From: an uncultured Candidatus Bathyarchaeia archaeon
Lineage (GTDB): Archaea; Thermoproteota; Bathyarchaeia; 40CM-2-53-6
Reading direction: 5' to 3'
Length of the DNA stretch: 28,329 nt
Assembly: GCA_964623365.1 (NCBI GenBank)
Contig: CAZUTN010000003.1
Location: forward strand, 4,629 to 32,957
Both the position numbers and the translations under genes were made by a program. Shown here one piece after another: positions 7,422-16,741 of this stretch (position 1 is its first letter; each line of letters begins with the position of its first letter). The notes beneath the pieces are model-generated. The model saw nothing but the letters and a program-made list of their open reading frames with translations. It searched no databases and was not told the origin of the DNA.

Positions 7422-9857
7422 TTGAGATGTTTCTTGCTGGTCCTCATTCTGCTGCTTCCTGTCGCGTACTTCTACGTCTTCGACAACAGGAATCATGTTG
7501 AGGTTTCCAAAGTCCTTGACCCGTTTCTGTTTCGTCGTGCACATTCATGGAACACCAGCGACACGGATATAGTCACAACGCTAGTCACGTCGCCCAGTCC
7601 TCTTGGCCCGTCTCAGCGAACGAGACTTGCTACCCTTGGTGTGATCACGGGTTCGATAGGCAGGGTAACAACCGTTCGGTTGCCCTCGCATAGCATCGAA
7701 CGAATCGCAAGGCTTGACTTCGTTTCGGGGGTCTACTCTCCGAGGAGCTATCGGCCCGCACTTGATGTGAGCGCTTCCGAGATCGGAGCTGCTTTCGTGT
7801 GGCAGAATGTCACGGACCCGTTTGGCAAGCCAGTTGATGGGTCCGGCGTAGTCATCGGGATCATCGACACGGGAGTCGACCTATCTCATCCTGATCTGAA
7901 GTTCCCGGACGGTTCCTCTAAGGTATTGTACCTATGGGATCAGACGGCGTCGGGGAAGCCGCCGCAAGGGTTCACCTATGGCGTCGAATGTTCGTGGCAC
8001 GAAATCAACGGCGGAAAATGCCTTGAGAATGACACGTTCGGCCACGGCACACACGTCGCGTCGATCGCAGCAAGTTCTGGTATGGCATCAGGCAAGTATC
8101 GCGGGATTGCTCCGGGCGCCTCGCTCATTGTGGTGAAAAGCGGGAGGGAGCTATGCGGCGGCGAGAGTTGGGCCTTCGAAGATACCGCCGTCATAGACGG
8201 TCTACGGTACGTCGTGGAGAGAGCACGACCGCTCGGAATGAGGCTGGTGGTCAATCTGAGCCTTGGAGGAAACATCGGCGGCCACGACGGTACAAGCCCG
8301 CTCGAAGTCATCCTTGACGATCTCAGCGCACAGGATGTCATTGTCACTGTCTCGGCCGGTAACGAAGCAGACAAGCATGTTCACGCAAGTGGTTCGCTCA
8401 GCCATGCGAGCCCGACGCGCATCAATTGGGAACCGATAGGACAGGCAAAGAGCGCGATGGTGGACCTGTGGTACCCGAAGGATAGAAGCATCTCCGTAGC
8501 CCTTGTGACTCCATCCGGAGAAGTTGTGGCCGGGCCGACCTCGCCCAGTGGAACGGACACTTCGAATGGTTTGGTCACAATCGTTCCAGCGACTACTGCC
8601 AAGGGAAATGAACTGGCGTTCTCAGTCCAGACTCAAGGCTCGTTGAGAACCTATGGATGGGGCTTGATCCTGAACGTCATTGATGATGGTCCTTCTCTGA
8701 GCTGGGACGCCTGGGTGGACAGTGACAGTTGCTCCTACCCCGCTGCTTCTTTCTCAAGTGGCCAAGGTTACGAGATCGACGAGGCTGGCACCGTGTCAGT
8801 CCCTGCCACCTCGAGCGGTGCCATTGCTGTCGGCGCCTATGTGACCAAGAACTCGTGGGTGACCGGGTCGGGGAAGAACGTTCTGATACATGACTATCAC
8901 GTGGGCGAGATCGCCTCCTTCAGTTCGCGAGGGCCGACAAGGGATGGACGGACAAAACCGGACATATCTGCTCCTGGACTCTTTGTCACGGCGGCGCGCT
9001 CTCTGCAAGTTCTCCCCAGCGACAGCGACCCGGATCAGCATCATCGAGTTCTAGCGGGGACAAGCATGGCGGCGCCTCACGTCGCGGGTGTGGTGGCGTT
9101 GATGCTCCAGTATAGTCCTCATCTGGGATCGCGAGAACTCAGGTCTCTGCTTGTTGAGGGTGCGAACCTTGACAATTTCACGGGATTCATCGAGGCATCC
9201 AAAGGGTCAAATGAGTGGGGTTGGGGAAAAGTGGATGCGAGAACCGCGACCTCACTCTTCAGAGTATCCTCGACAGTGCCATCCCTCCCTGCCGTATTCG
9301 CGGTCAACCTTGCCATTGACGGAGAACCTCACGGGGTTCTCAAAGGAGGAGAGGTTGTCACTCTGCGCTTCTTGTCTGGGGGCGCTCACTTGTTTGAAGC
9401 GACTGGCCAAACGTTCACAGCAAACGCGACACGGTACGTAGTCGCTGAACAACAGACCACCTTCTCCAGCAACGGCGTCTTCAAGCCGAGTGTACGAGTC
9501 CAGTATTTGCTCTCGCTAGAGTCCCCCCTCGGCCAAACTGACGGTGAAGGATGGTATGAGGCAGGCAGCCACGCAGTCTTCACGGTCAACCCACTAGAGA
9601 CCTCGAAAGGCCTTGGTCAACTTCTAGGTGTTACTTTCTTCTTCGATCATTGGGTTGACGAGCACGGAAACCGATTGTCATCGAGATCCATACTCATGGA
9701 TTCGCCTCACACACTCAGAGCCTCTTGGAATGCTCGCCTCACAGACTTTCGAGCACCCCTTCTACTGTTGGCGCTGGTCATGGTTTTGATGCTCGTTTTT
9801 GAATTTAGACGGGGAAACCTACGAAGAGAGCAAAGCGCTGGATTGAGAACCGGTTGA
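7422..9857 (+). CDS. Secreted, membrane-anchored S8 (subtilisin-like) serine peptidase with a Csp-like insertion
   Basis: Catalytic triad IIDTG / GHGTH / GTSMAAP and oxyanion motif AGNE. N-terminal hydrophobic segment, prodomain and C-terminal TM helix. The true start may be CTG 7407. Confidence 0.93.
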   Translation: MRCFLLVLILLLPVAYFYVFDNRNHVEVSKVLDPFLFRRAHSWNTSDTDIVTTLVTSPSPLGPSQRTRLATLGVITGSIGRVTTVRLPSHSIERIARLDFVSGVYSPRSYRPALDVSASEIGAAFVWQNVTDPFGKPVDGSGVVIGIIDTGVDLSHPDLKFPDGSSKVLYLWDQTASGKPPQGFTYGVECSWHEINGGKCLENDTFGHGTHVASIAASSGMASGKYRGIAPGASLIVVKSGRELCGGESWAFEDTAVIDGLRYVVERARPLGMRLVVNLSLGGNIGGHDGTSPLEVILDDLSAQDVIVTVSAGNEADKHVHASGSLSHASPTRINWEPIGQAKSAMVDLWYPKDRSISVALVTPSGEVVAGPTSPSGTDTSNGLVTIVPATTAKGNELAFSVQTQGSLRTYGWGLILNVIDDGPSLSWDAWVDSDSCSYPAASFSSGQGYEIDEAGTVSVPATSSGAIAVGAYVTKNSWVTGSGKNVLIHDYHVGEIASFSSRGPTRDGRTKPDISAPGLFVTAARSLQVLPSDSDPDQHHRVLAGTSMAAPHVAGVVALMLQYSPHLGSRELRSLLVEGANLDNFTGFIEASKGSNEWGWGKVDARTATSLFRVSSTVPSLPAVFAVNLAIDGEPHGVLKGGEVVTLRFLSGGAHLFEATGQTFTANATRYVVAEQQTTFSSNGVFKPSVRVQYLLSLESPLGQTDGEGWYEAGSHAVFTVNPLETSKGLGQLLGVTFFFDHWVDEHGNRLSSRSILMDSPHTLRASWNARLTDFRAPLLLLALVMVLMLVFEFRRGNLRREQSAGLRTG

Positions 9858-9952
9858 TATCTAGCCGAGTGGCGGTCTCCGTCACGCGTAACAAGACATT
9901 TGTCTCGGCGTTGATATTGGGCGCATAGACGGGGAGCTGATGCGAGACGGCG

Positions 9953-11206
9953 TTGGCCGGCCCTCAGATTATGGAACGGCTCAGCTTCATCAAGCGGGCC
10001 TTCTTGCAGTACTACACCAAACAGGGTAGCAGAATCAGTCTCCCAACGGACTTTCGGTCCAGAGAATTCGCATTCCTCGCATTCGGGGAGAGATTCATGA
10101 CGCGGCACAGAGCGATCGGATCACGCGAAGAACTAGTCAACACAATACGGATGCTTGTCCCATCAGATGTCTATTATTCAACCGCCTACTATGCCAGGCC
10201 TGCGGTAGAGATGGAGAAGAAAGGCTGGTTAGGATCCGATCTCGTCTTCGACGTTGACGCAGATCACATCGACACTTCATGCAAGGCAAATCATGACATG
10301 TGGAGCTGCATTAGTTGCGGGCTTGCTAGACGAGGAAAGGCTCCCGTGCAGTGCCCCAGCTGCGGCAAGACGAGGTTTGAGGAACGTGCTTGGTTCTGTG
10401 ATGAGTGCCTGAGGTCCGCAAAGAACGAAGTATCCAAGCTAGTTGATTTCTTGACAAAGGATTTTGGAATACCCGAGCATGAAATGCACACATTCTTCTC
10501 CGGCCACCGCGGCTACCACCTTCACGTGAGGACCGAAGAGGTTCGCAAACTTGACGAATCGCAGAGAAAGGAGATCGTCGACTACGTCTTGGGGTTAGGG
10601 CTCGACGCATTCTATCAAGGGCTCTACAAGAAGCCTCAGGACGCCATCGTTGGACCGCAACCCGAGGACCCGGGGTGGCGTGGTCGTTTCGCACGTGAAA
10701 TCCACAGGCTCCTCCTGAAAGGAACTGAAGAAGAACTAGTAGACTTGGGTTTCTCACGCCGTCAAGCTGGACTAATAGTCAAGGAGAGAGCGCAGAGAGA
10801 AGAACGCTGGAGAGAGAAGATACTGTGGAGCGAGTTCGAAGACAGGTTTCACATCAAGGACACCACTTGGAAAGCGATAATTGGCAGGGCTATCTCGAAG
10901 AGCGCGTTGCCCGCAGAGATCGACACTGTTGTGACGACGGACATCCACAGGTTGATCCGCCTGCCTGAAACATTGAACGGGAAGACAGGCCTTCGTGCGA
11001 TGGCGGTGTCAAACCTGGACGCATTTGATCCATTTCTTGATCCAATAGCTTTTGAAGGAGAAGAGACTGTTCGAGTCATTCAGGCCCCAGCCTTCAGAAT
11101 GGGGAACTCTACCTATGGGCCCTACACCGAAGAGGATGTGACTCTTCCAGCGGCAGCCGCGATGCTCTTACTCTGCAAAGGAGTAGGCGGTCCTGTAAAG
11201 AAATGA
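9953..11206 (+). CDS. priS: DNA primase small (catalytic) subunit PriS
   Basis: PSDVYYS, DLVFDVDAD, FSGHRGYH and IDTVVTTDIHRLIRLPETLNGKTG motifs. Alternative ATG at 9971. Confidence 0.96.
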   Translation: MAGPQIMERLSFIKRAFLQYYTKQGSRISLPTDFRSREFAFLAFGERFMTRHRAIGSREELVNTIRMLVPSDVYYSTAYYARPAVEMEKKGWLGSDLVFDVDADHIDTSCKANHDMWSCISCGLARRGKAPVQCPSCGKTRFEERAWFCDECLRSAKNEVSKLVDFLTKDFGIPEHEMHTFFSGHRGYHLHVRTEEVRKLDESQRKEIVDYVLGLGLDAFYQGLYKKPQDAIVGPQPEDPGWRGRFAREIHRLLLKGTEEELVDLGFSRRQAGLIVKERAQREERWREKILWSEFEDRFHIKDTTWKAIIGRAISKSALPAEIDTVVTTDIHRLIRLPETLNGKTGLRAMAVSNLDAFDPFLDPIAFEGEETVRVIQAPAFRMGNSTYGPYTEEDVTLPAAAAMLLLCKGVGGPVKK

Positions 11207-11787
11207 ACCGGGACGAACTCTACCGAATCTGGAAGACCGAGAAGAGCGAGAGAACGCTACAGAGGCTGCCTTCATCTTTCTACTCTGAAGTGGACAGGCT
11301 CCTGAGCGACTCCAAAGCTTCCTCGACTGCAACGCGCCAGGACCGAACTCAAGTCGCCATCTCCGAGAAGGAATTCAAGATACTGCGACGGCTGGGCACG
11401 GAGATAGCCAACACGCGTATGAAGAAGATTGTCGAGGCAGCCATGTCACGGCAAGATGTCGCGATTGAATTCCTCACACCGGAGGAGGCGGAGTTCGCGA
11501 AACGGATCACGTCACACATCGGAGATCATTACCGCTTCGTTGACGGATTGGCTGGAGCGGCGCGTGGATCCGAAGAGGAGTCTCCAAGGAAGCCAGCCGA
11601 GACAAAGCTAGAGGTCGTCCGTTTCCTTTCAGACTTCCCAGCCATCATCGGGATCGACTTGAAAACCTACGGCCCCTTCAAATCAGAAGACATCGTCACT
11701 CTACCCGCTGAGAATGCTTCTGCGCTAGTCAACCAAGGGGTCGTAAAACAGGTTCGCTTCTCGGAAGAGAGAATCTCAGATCAGTAG
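11203..11787 (+). CDS. gins15: GINS complex subunit Gins15 (Gins51)
   Basis: LQRLPSSFY, RMKKIV and LTPEE in the A domain; C-terminal VRFL...IIGIDLKTYGPF...DIVTLP..NA..LV..G B domain. ATGA overlap with priS, a conserved neighbourhood. Confidence 0.88.
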   Translation: MNRDELYRIWKTEKSERTLQRLPSSFYSEVDRLLSDSKASSTATRQDRTQVAISEKEFKILRRLGTEIANTRMKKIVEAAMSRQDVAIEFLTPEEAEFAKRITSHIGDHYRFVDGLAGAARGSEEESPRKPAETKLEVVRFLSDFPAIIGIDLKTYGPFKSEDIVTLPAENASALVNQGVVKQVRFSEERISDQ

Positions 11788-11821
11788 GGCGATATCGCCA
11801 CTGGACGGTTGATTCAGCCGC

Positions 11822-12259
11822 CTAGCGTCTGGGTTTCTCCTTCTTCCCCTTCAGTAGGGCGTCGAGAGACACTCCGTTGCACGCGTAGACTTTGAATCGT
11901 ATTCCCGGGATGTCCCCCATGCTCTTGCCCTCGGCGCCGCCGATACCTTCGATCCACACTTCATCGTGCTCGTCGATGAAGTTGAGGGCGCCGTCGCCAG
12001 GCAGAAAGGCCGTGACGACCTTTCCGTTCTTTATCAGTTGAACTCGCACGGCCTTGCGTACAGCGCTGTTCGGCTGGCGACATTCTACGCCGACTTTCTC
12101 GAGGACTATACCTCGACCCTGCGGGGCTCCTTGAAGTGGATCCGCCTTGTAGTCAAGACCGAGCATGCGGCGTTTGTAGGGCGGATAGTGCCACCGGAAA
12201 CGCTTGCGTCTACGTTTCAACTTGCGAGCGCCGAGTAGGCCCCGCGAAGACTTGCCCAT
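11822..12259 (-). CDS. rps12: 30S ribosomal protein S12 (uS12)
   Basis: [38 protein letters not shown] and KEKPRR motifs. Confidence 0.97.
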   Translation of the reverse strand: MGKSSRGLLGARKLKRRRKRFRWHYPPYKRRMLGLDYKADPLQGAPQGRGIVLEKVGVECRQPNSAVRKAVRVQLIKNGKVVTAFLPGDGALNFIDEHDEVWIEGIGGAEGKSMGDIPGIRFKVYACNGVSLDALLKGKKEKPRR

Positions 12260-12306
12260 TGTGACATCCTTGTCCTGAGACTCGCCGTGCTAGACTTGGA
12301 CCGGCC

Positions 12307-12312
12307 TTATAT
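12307..12312. promoter_or_regulatory. TATA element (TTATAT / ATATAA) in the divergent rps12 - pgi/pmi intergenic region
   Basis: Reads as a TATA on both strands, about 48 nt before the rps12 ATG and 72 nt before the pgi/pmi start. Confidence 0.45.
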
Positions 12313-12384
12313 GTTGTGCGCAATTCACAGCACAAATACGGAAGGCCTGATAGCGATAGGCCCAGAAAACGGTTGTGATCGGAC

Positions 12385-13467
12385 TTGCAAGTAGGCGTTC
12401 TCGACGACAAGGTTGCAACGGCCAAGGTGGACCGGGGGAATATGCTACGAATTCTGGAGGAGACTCCAGAAGACTACGAGCGAGCGTACACGGCTGCACT
12501 GAAGTCCGATTCGCTCCCGCATACTTCTGCGCGATATGCATTGCATCTGGCGCTCGTGGGAATGGGCGGCTCGGCGATCACGGGAGACATACTGAAAGAC
12601 TGGCTCTTCGAGGCCCCGATGTCAATTGAAGTGATAAGGGGGTCCGAGCTTCCGGGTTCGGTCACTGCGAATACGTGTGTTCTCGTTGCCAGCTACTCCG
12701 GGGAGACGGCCGAGACGCTGAAGGCCCTGAGAGAAGCTCGGAGACGCAAGACCCGAGTTGCTTGCATCGCCTCAGGAGGTGAGTTGCTCAAGATCTGTCG
12801 GAAGTACGGGATCCCGCACGTGCAGGTGAGGACCGGACTGCAACCTCGTGAGGCGCTGCCAGATCTCTTGTCCGCTTCCCTCGCCACGCTGGGAAGATGG
12901 AGAATCTGCAGCCACAGAAGCGTTCATGCCGAACTAAGGACCGCTACGGAAAAACTAAGAGAACTTAGGAAGATGATTGGGTTTGCGCGCCCCCAATCGG
13001 AGAACCCTGCAAAACAGTTGGCCGTTCAACTTCGGGGCACGGTCCCATTCATATACGTGCCTCAATCTCTAGCTGCCGCTGGCAGGAGATTCAAGAACCA
13101 ACTCAATGAGAATTCGAAGGTCCTCGCGAAGTTCGAGGTTCTTCCTGAAATGCTTCACAACGAGGTTCAGGGATGGCACATGCTGAAGGAGAGCGGCTTC
13201 GCCGATTCCATATCATTCATATTCCTGAGAGGCGGCGAAGCCGAAGCTGAGCAAGTCAATCGACTGGCAAGTCTGATCCGCCAAGGCGGAGGCAAAGCAG
13301 TATACGAGATATTTCAGAGCTCTCCAACGAGGCTTGCCGCCATACTGGCAACCATCTACTACTGCGACTACGTATCGTTCTACCTAGCAATCGCGCGAGG
13401 CGTCGACCCGACGCCCATTGACGTAATTCAGTCATTGAAGGACTCGACATGGTCCTCAAGTGCCTGA
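12385..13467 (+). CDS. pgi/pmi: Bifunctional phosphoglucose/phosphomannose isomerase (SIS family)
   Basis: GMGGSA, SYSGETAETL, ASGGEL, ENSK, PEMLHNEV and C-terminal GVDPTPI motifs. Confidence 0.9.
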   Translation: MQVGVLDDKVATAKVDRGNMLRILEETPEDYERAYTAALKSDSLPHTSARYALHLALVGMGGSAITGDILKDWLFEAPMSIEVIRGSELPGSVTANTCVLVASYSGETAETLKALREARRRKTRVACIASGGELLKICRKYGIPHVQVRTGLQPREALPDLLSASLATLGRWRICSHRSVHAELRTATEKLRELRKMIGFARPQSENPAKQLAVQLRGTVPFIYVPQSLAAAGRRFKNQLNENSKVLAKFEVLPEMLHNEVQGWHMLKESGFADSISFIFLRGGEAEAEQVNRLASLIRQGGGKAVYEIFQSSPTRLAAILATIYYCDYVSFYLAIARGVDPTPIDVIQSLKDSTWSSSA

Positions 13468-13558
13468 GGCTGCCCTACAGCCGCTGGCGGTCAAGATGCA
13501 AAAGCCTACTAGCAAGGTCGAAGCATCATAGGCTCCGTTCTGTCAACATCCAGGAGGA

Positions 13559-14029
13559 ATGCTGACGTTGTCGTATGAGGAACGCGCCAAAGCGATTGGA
13601 ATCACGATCCCGAAAGCCGCAACCCCTCTCGGTGCATATCTGCTCGCGGTTCAGTTTGGCCAGCTGCTCTTCACCGCAGGCCAAGGGCCTCTCAAGGATG
13701 GCGTTGCAGTATTCGAAGGCAAGGTCGGACAAGATCTCACGGTTGATGATGCATACGAAGCCGCGAAGCTGGCTGCGCTCAACTGCTTGGCGGCAGCGAA
13801 GTCAGTTCTGGGGACGCTCGACCGTATCGAACGCGTCGTCAAGGTGAACGGTTATGTCAATAGTGCGCCCGGTTTCACCGACCAGCCAAAGGTCATGAAC
13901 GGAGCCTCCGATCTCTTGGCCAAGATCTTCGGCGAGAAAGGACGCCATGCCAGAACCTCCGTCGGCGTGAGCGAGCTTCCTATGAATATTCCGGTGGAAG
14001 TAGACCTAGTCCTAGCTTGCACACCTTGA
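13559..14029 (+). CDS. RidA / YjgF / YER057c / UK114 family protein
   Basis: FTAGQGP, VVKVNGYVNSAPGFTDQPKVMNGASDLL and HARTSVGV.ELP motifs with the conserved Arg; GGAGG upstream. Confidence 0.92.
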   Translation: MLTLSYEERAKAIGITIPKAATPLGAYLLAVQFGQLLFTAGQGPLKDGVAVFEGKVGQDLTVDDAYEAAKLAALNCLAAAKSVLGTLDRIERVVKVNGYVNSAPGFTDQPKVMNGASDLLAKIFGEKGRHARTSVGVSELPMNIPVEVDLVLACTP

Positions 14030-14060
14030 TGCTCTGCTCGTTGAGGCGAACGTGAAGAGG

Positions 14061-15176
14061 TTACTGCGCCGCCAGAGGCGGTTGCCTAGCTCCGCAGTTC
14101 GGGCAGAAGACCGCGAGCACGATCACCATCTCTCCGCAATTCAGACAGTACTTCATCCCGCGCGGAGCTCGATGAGGGGGAGACGGTTCAGGCCCGTGAG
14201 CATGAGCAGCAGAAGCGGCCGTGAAGCCCTCGGTGCTTCGAGAGGGTGGAGATCCGCGTGTCCTATCCGCGTAGATTATGAAAAGCAGCAGAGTGAAGAA
14301 GGCTGATAGTAGCGCGGAAATCACAGAGCTGGCAATGTTGGAGGCTCCGAACAGTAGCCCCAATAGACGGGTACTGTTCATGTAGACTGATGGTCGGATC
14401 AGTTCCGAGTAGGGAGAGCTCGGCCACAGGAAGGATGTCGCCAAAGACGCGGCTGTCCAAGCGGTTCCAGAGATGACGATGTAACCGATCATCGTGGCAA
14501 GGTTCCTTCGAACAAAGCTGAAACTCGCCTTGATGGATCCCCAGATTCCAAGGTCGTCCATCACGAGGGCTTGCATCCACGGCAAGAGGCAGACATAGAG
14601 CACCAGCTCGATCAAGCCAACTATCAACAGGATCCCGAACAATCCAAGGATGATCGGGCCAAGTAGGCTAACGATGGTCACAGGGCTAAGCTCTCCAAGA
14701 GGAGGCAGCTGTCCAACATTCAGAGTCAGAATGCTCGCTGCGAAGGCCGCTATTCCAGCCGCGATCGGAGCAACCACTATGGCTCCAATCAGTATTCGCC
14801 CGCCGAGCATTCGCAGGAAATACTTCCTCGCTCCAACCCAGAGATCGCTCAACCCGGTCTGCCCGTGGGTGACCACTCGCTTGTTCATGTACGCCCAGCC
14901 AGCAGTAACAAATGTTTCAACGAGAAAACCGACGATCGCGATGACAAGGATGCCGCCCACGATGGTTTGGATGAGTCCCCAAGTGCTTCCGGTCAAACTG
15001 AGAGCCATCATAAGTGGTAGTAGCGTGAGAGCGGTCACAGTCAACAGCGCGAGCGGGACCACGACCTGAGTGAAGATCGGCGGGACAAGTAGTATCAGGT
15101 TCTTCCTGATTCTGGTTGCGGATTGGCTGATCAGCATTCCCAGATCCATCTGCGTCGCCTCATTGACCTGTTTCAC
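14061..15176 (-). CDS. Multi-pass membrane protein with a C-terminal double zinc ribbon
   Basis: About 6-7 hydrophobic segments, a Pro/Ser-rich linker, then CLNC...CPNCG. Start is GTG 15176 or ATG 15149. Confidence 0.8.
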   Translation of the reverse strand: MKQVNEATQMDLGMLISQSATRIRKNLILLVPPIFTQVVVPLALLTVTALTLLPLMMALSLTGSTWGLIQTIVGGILVIAIVGFLVETFVTAGWAYMNKRVVTHGQTGLSDLWVGARKYFLRMLGGRILIGAIVVAPIAAGIAAFAASILTLNVGQLPPLGELSPVTIVSLLGPIILGLFGILLIVGLIELVLYVCLLPWMQALVMDDLGIWGSIKASFSFVRRNLATMIGYIVISGTAWTAASLATSFLWPSSPYSELIRPSVYMNSTRLLGLLFGASNIASSVISALLSAFFTLLLFIIYADRTRGSPPSRSTEGFTAASAAHAHGPEPSPPHRAPRGMKYCLNCGEMVIVLAVFCPNCGARQPPLAAQ

Positions 15177-15227
15177 GTGTTCCGAGCGTCTTGTGTCTAT
15201 CGCGCTGATTCGATAACCTATGTCATG

Positions 15228-15235
15228 CTTAAATA
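15228..15235. promoter_or_regulatory. TATA element (CTTAAATA / TATTTAAG) between divergent genes
   Basis: About 35 nt before TTG 15270 on the plus strand and about 52 nt before GTG 15176 on the minus strand. Confidence 0.5.
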
Positions 15236-15269
15236 CGCGCCGTCGGGCAAAGTCTCTTCGGTTGCGAGG

Positions 15270-15647
15270 TTGCTGTTACCCGACGAAATCGCGTCAAAGT
15301 CTGTGATTCCAGCAATCCGAGCAATGGTTGTCCGCAGGCTCGTCGACGAGTACGGGATGACTCAGCAGCAGGCCGCTCGGCTCCTAGGAATCACGCAGCC
15401 GGCAGTCAGCAAGTACATGCACAACAAGCGAGGTATCGCGATCAACTTGGAAGGGAAAGCGCACGTCGACGAAGCAGCGAACAAGATCGCTGCACTGCTC
15501 GTGTCAGGGAAGGCAGGCCAGGTGCAGGTCATGGGCAAACTGAATGAAGTCTCAATGCTTGTCAGGAGGAGCAAGCTGATGTGTGATCTCCACAGACGCC
15601 TCGAGCCCGAGTTGAATCTAGGCGGCTGTCGTGTGTGCGAAGGCTGA
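15270..15647 (+). CDS. HTH transcriptional regulator (COG2522-like) with C-terminal Cys/His metal motif
   Basis: LLP.EI...VIPAIRA...L....GMTQQQAARLLGITQPAVSKY HTH and CDLH...CRVC tail. TTG 15270 preferred over the track start 15123, which overlaps the opposite gene. Confidence 0.85.
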   Translation: MLLPDEIASKSVIPAIRAMVVRRLVDEYGMTQQQAARLLGITQPAVSKYMHNKRGIAINLEGKAHVDEAANKIAALLVSGKAGQVQVMGKLNEVSMLVRRSKLMCDLHRRLEPELNLGGCRVCEG

Positions 15648-15823
15648 TCAACCTCTGGCGTGGAAATGAAGCGATGAATCGGGAGACGAGGTGACCAGAG
15701 ACGGGCGCGGACGCCGCAAAGGAATCCCAAACGCCGGACGCCTCTTCGGAACTGAGGCCCGCTCCGGGGGTCTGGGTTGGGAGTCTGAAAGATCTCGTCG
15801 AGAAGGTCGTAGGTACGGCACCT

Positions 15824-16258
15824 TTGAAGCACTTGGTCAACTGGAGTCGTATCTACTCGCTTTGGCCGGTTCACTTGATGACCGCCTGCTGCGGGGCCGA
15901 ACTCGGAGCCATGATGAGCGGTAGGTACGACCCTGAGAGATTCGGCATGCAGGCTGCGGTGGGGTCGATGCGCCAGAGTGATCTGTTGATAATCGAGGGG
16001 ACGGTGACAAAAAAGATGTTGAAGAGGGTGAAGGTCGTGTGGGAGCAAATGCCCAACCCGAAGTACGTTATTGCGATGGGTGACTGCGCCTGCTCGGGTG
16101 GTCTCTTCCACGACTCGTACAGCATAATCAACGAAGTCGAAAAGGCCGTACCGATTGACGTGTTCGTTCCAGGCTGTCCTCCTAGGCCTGAAGCGCTTCT
16201 GAACGCCATAATCAAGTTGAGAGAGAAGATCCGACGAGAGGAAGTCTACCCCAAATGA
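15824..16258 (+). CDS. nuoB: Complex I-like subunit B (NuoB/FpoB); probably N-terminally longer
   Basis: TACCGAE tandem Cys, YDPERFG, MPNPKYVIAMGDCACSGG and PGCPPRPE motifs. The frame stays open back to 15695. Confidence 0.93.
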   Translation: MKHLVNWSRIYSLWPVHLMTACCGAELGAMMSGRYDPERFGMQAAVGSMRQSDLLIIEGTVTKKMLKRVKVVWEQMPNPKYVIAMGDCACSGGLFHDSYSIINEVEKAVPIDVFVPGCPPRPEALLNAIIKLREKIRREEVYPK

Positions 16259-16740
16259 CTGAGACTCCCTCGACCCCTGAACAGCGCATTGCAGCGGCCG
16301 TGAAGGAACAGCTCGGTAGCGCGGTGGAGGACGTGAAGATTAACCGGAGGGGCCGGCTGTCGGTACTAGCGCGCAAGGAGACCATCAAGGACATTGCGGC
16401 TTGGTTGCAACGCTTCGGGTTCGATCACACTATCGCAGTTTCCGGAGTCGATTATCCCGGCGAGAAGAGAATCGAGGTCGTGTACTTTCTCTCATCCTAC
16501 TCGCGCGACGATCTCAAAGATCTAGTGCTCTCACTGAAGGTTCAAGTCGATCGGGAAAACCCATCGTTGGCGACACTCACCTCCGTCTGGGAGAGCGCCA
16601 ACTTCTTCGAGCGTGAGACGTACGAGATGTTCGGAGTAAATTTTGAAGGTCACCCGAACCTTCAGAAACTGTTGCTTCAAGACAACTGGGATGGCCCACC
16701 TCCCCTGAGGAAGGATCTAACATTCTCGGAGCTAGCATGA
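16255..16740 (+). CDS. nuoC: Complex I-like subunit C
   Basis: SGVDYP, EVVYFL, SANFFERETYEMFGVNFEGHPNL and PLRKD motifs; ATGA overlap with nuoB. Confidence 0.93.
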   Translation: MTETPSTPEQRIAAAVKEQLGSAVEDVKINRRGRLSVLARKETIKDIAAWLQRFGFDHTIAVSGVDYPGEKRIEVVYFLSSYSRDDLKDLVLSLKVQVDRENPSLATLTSVWESANFFERETYEMFGVNFEGHPNLQKLLLQDNWDGPPPLRKDLTFSELA

Positions 16741-16741
16741 G

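Noticed and set aside
15362-16111. 249-aa minus-strand ORF, and similar long antisense ORFs such as 27390..28088, 24919..25452, 2649..3305 and 22251..22721
   Set aside because: They are shadows of clearly identified genes on the opposite strand, have no motifs, and are expected in GC-rich coding DNA.
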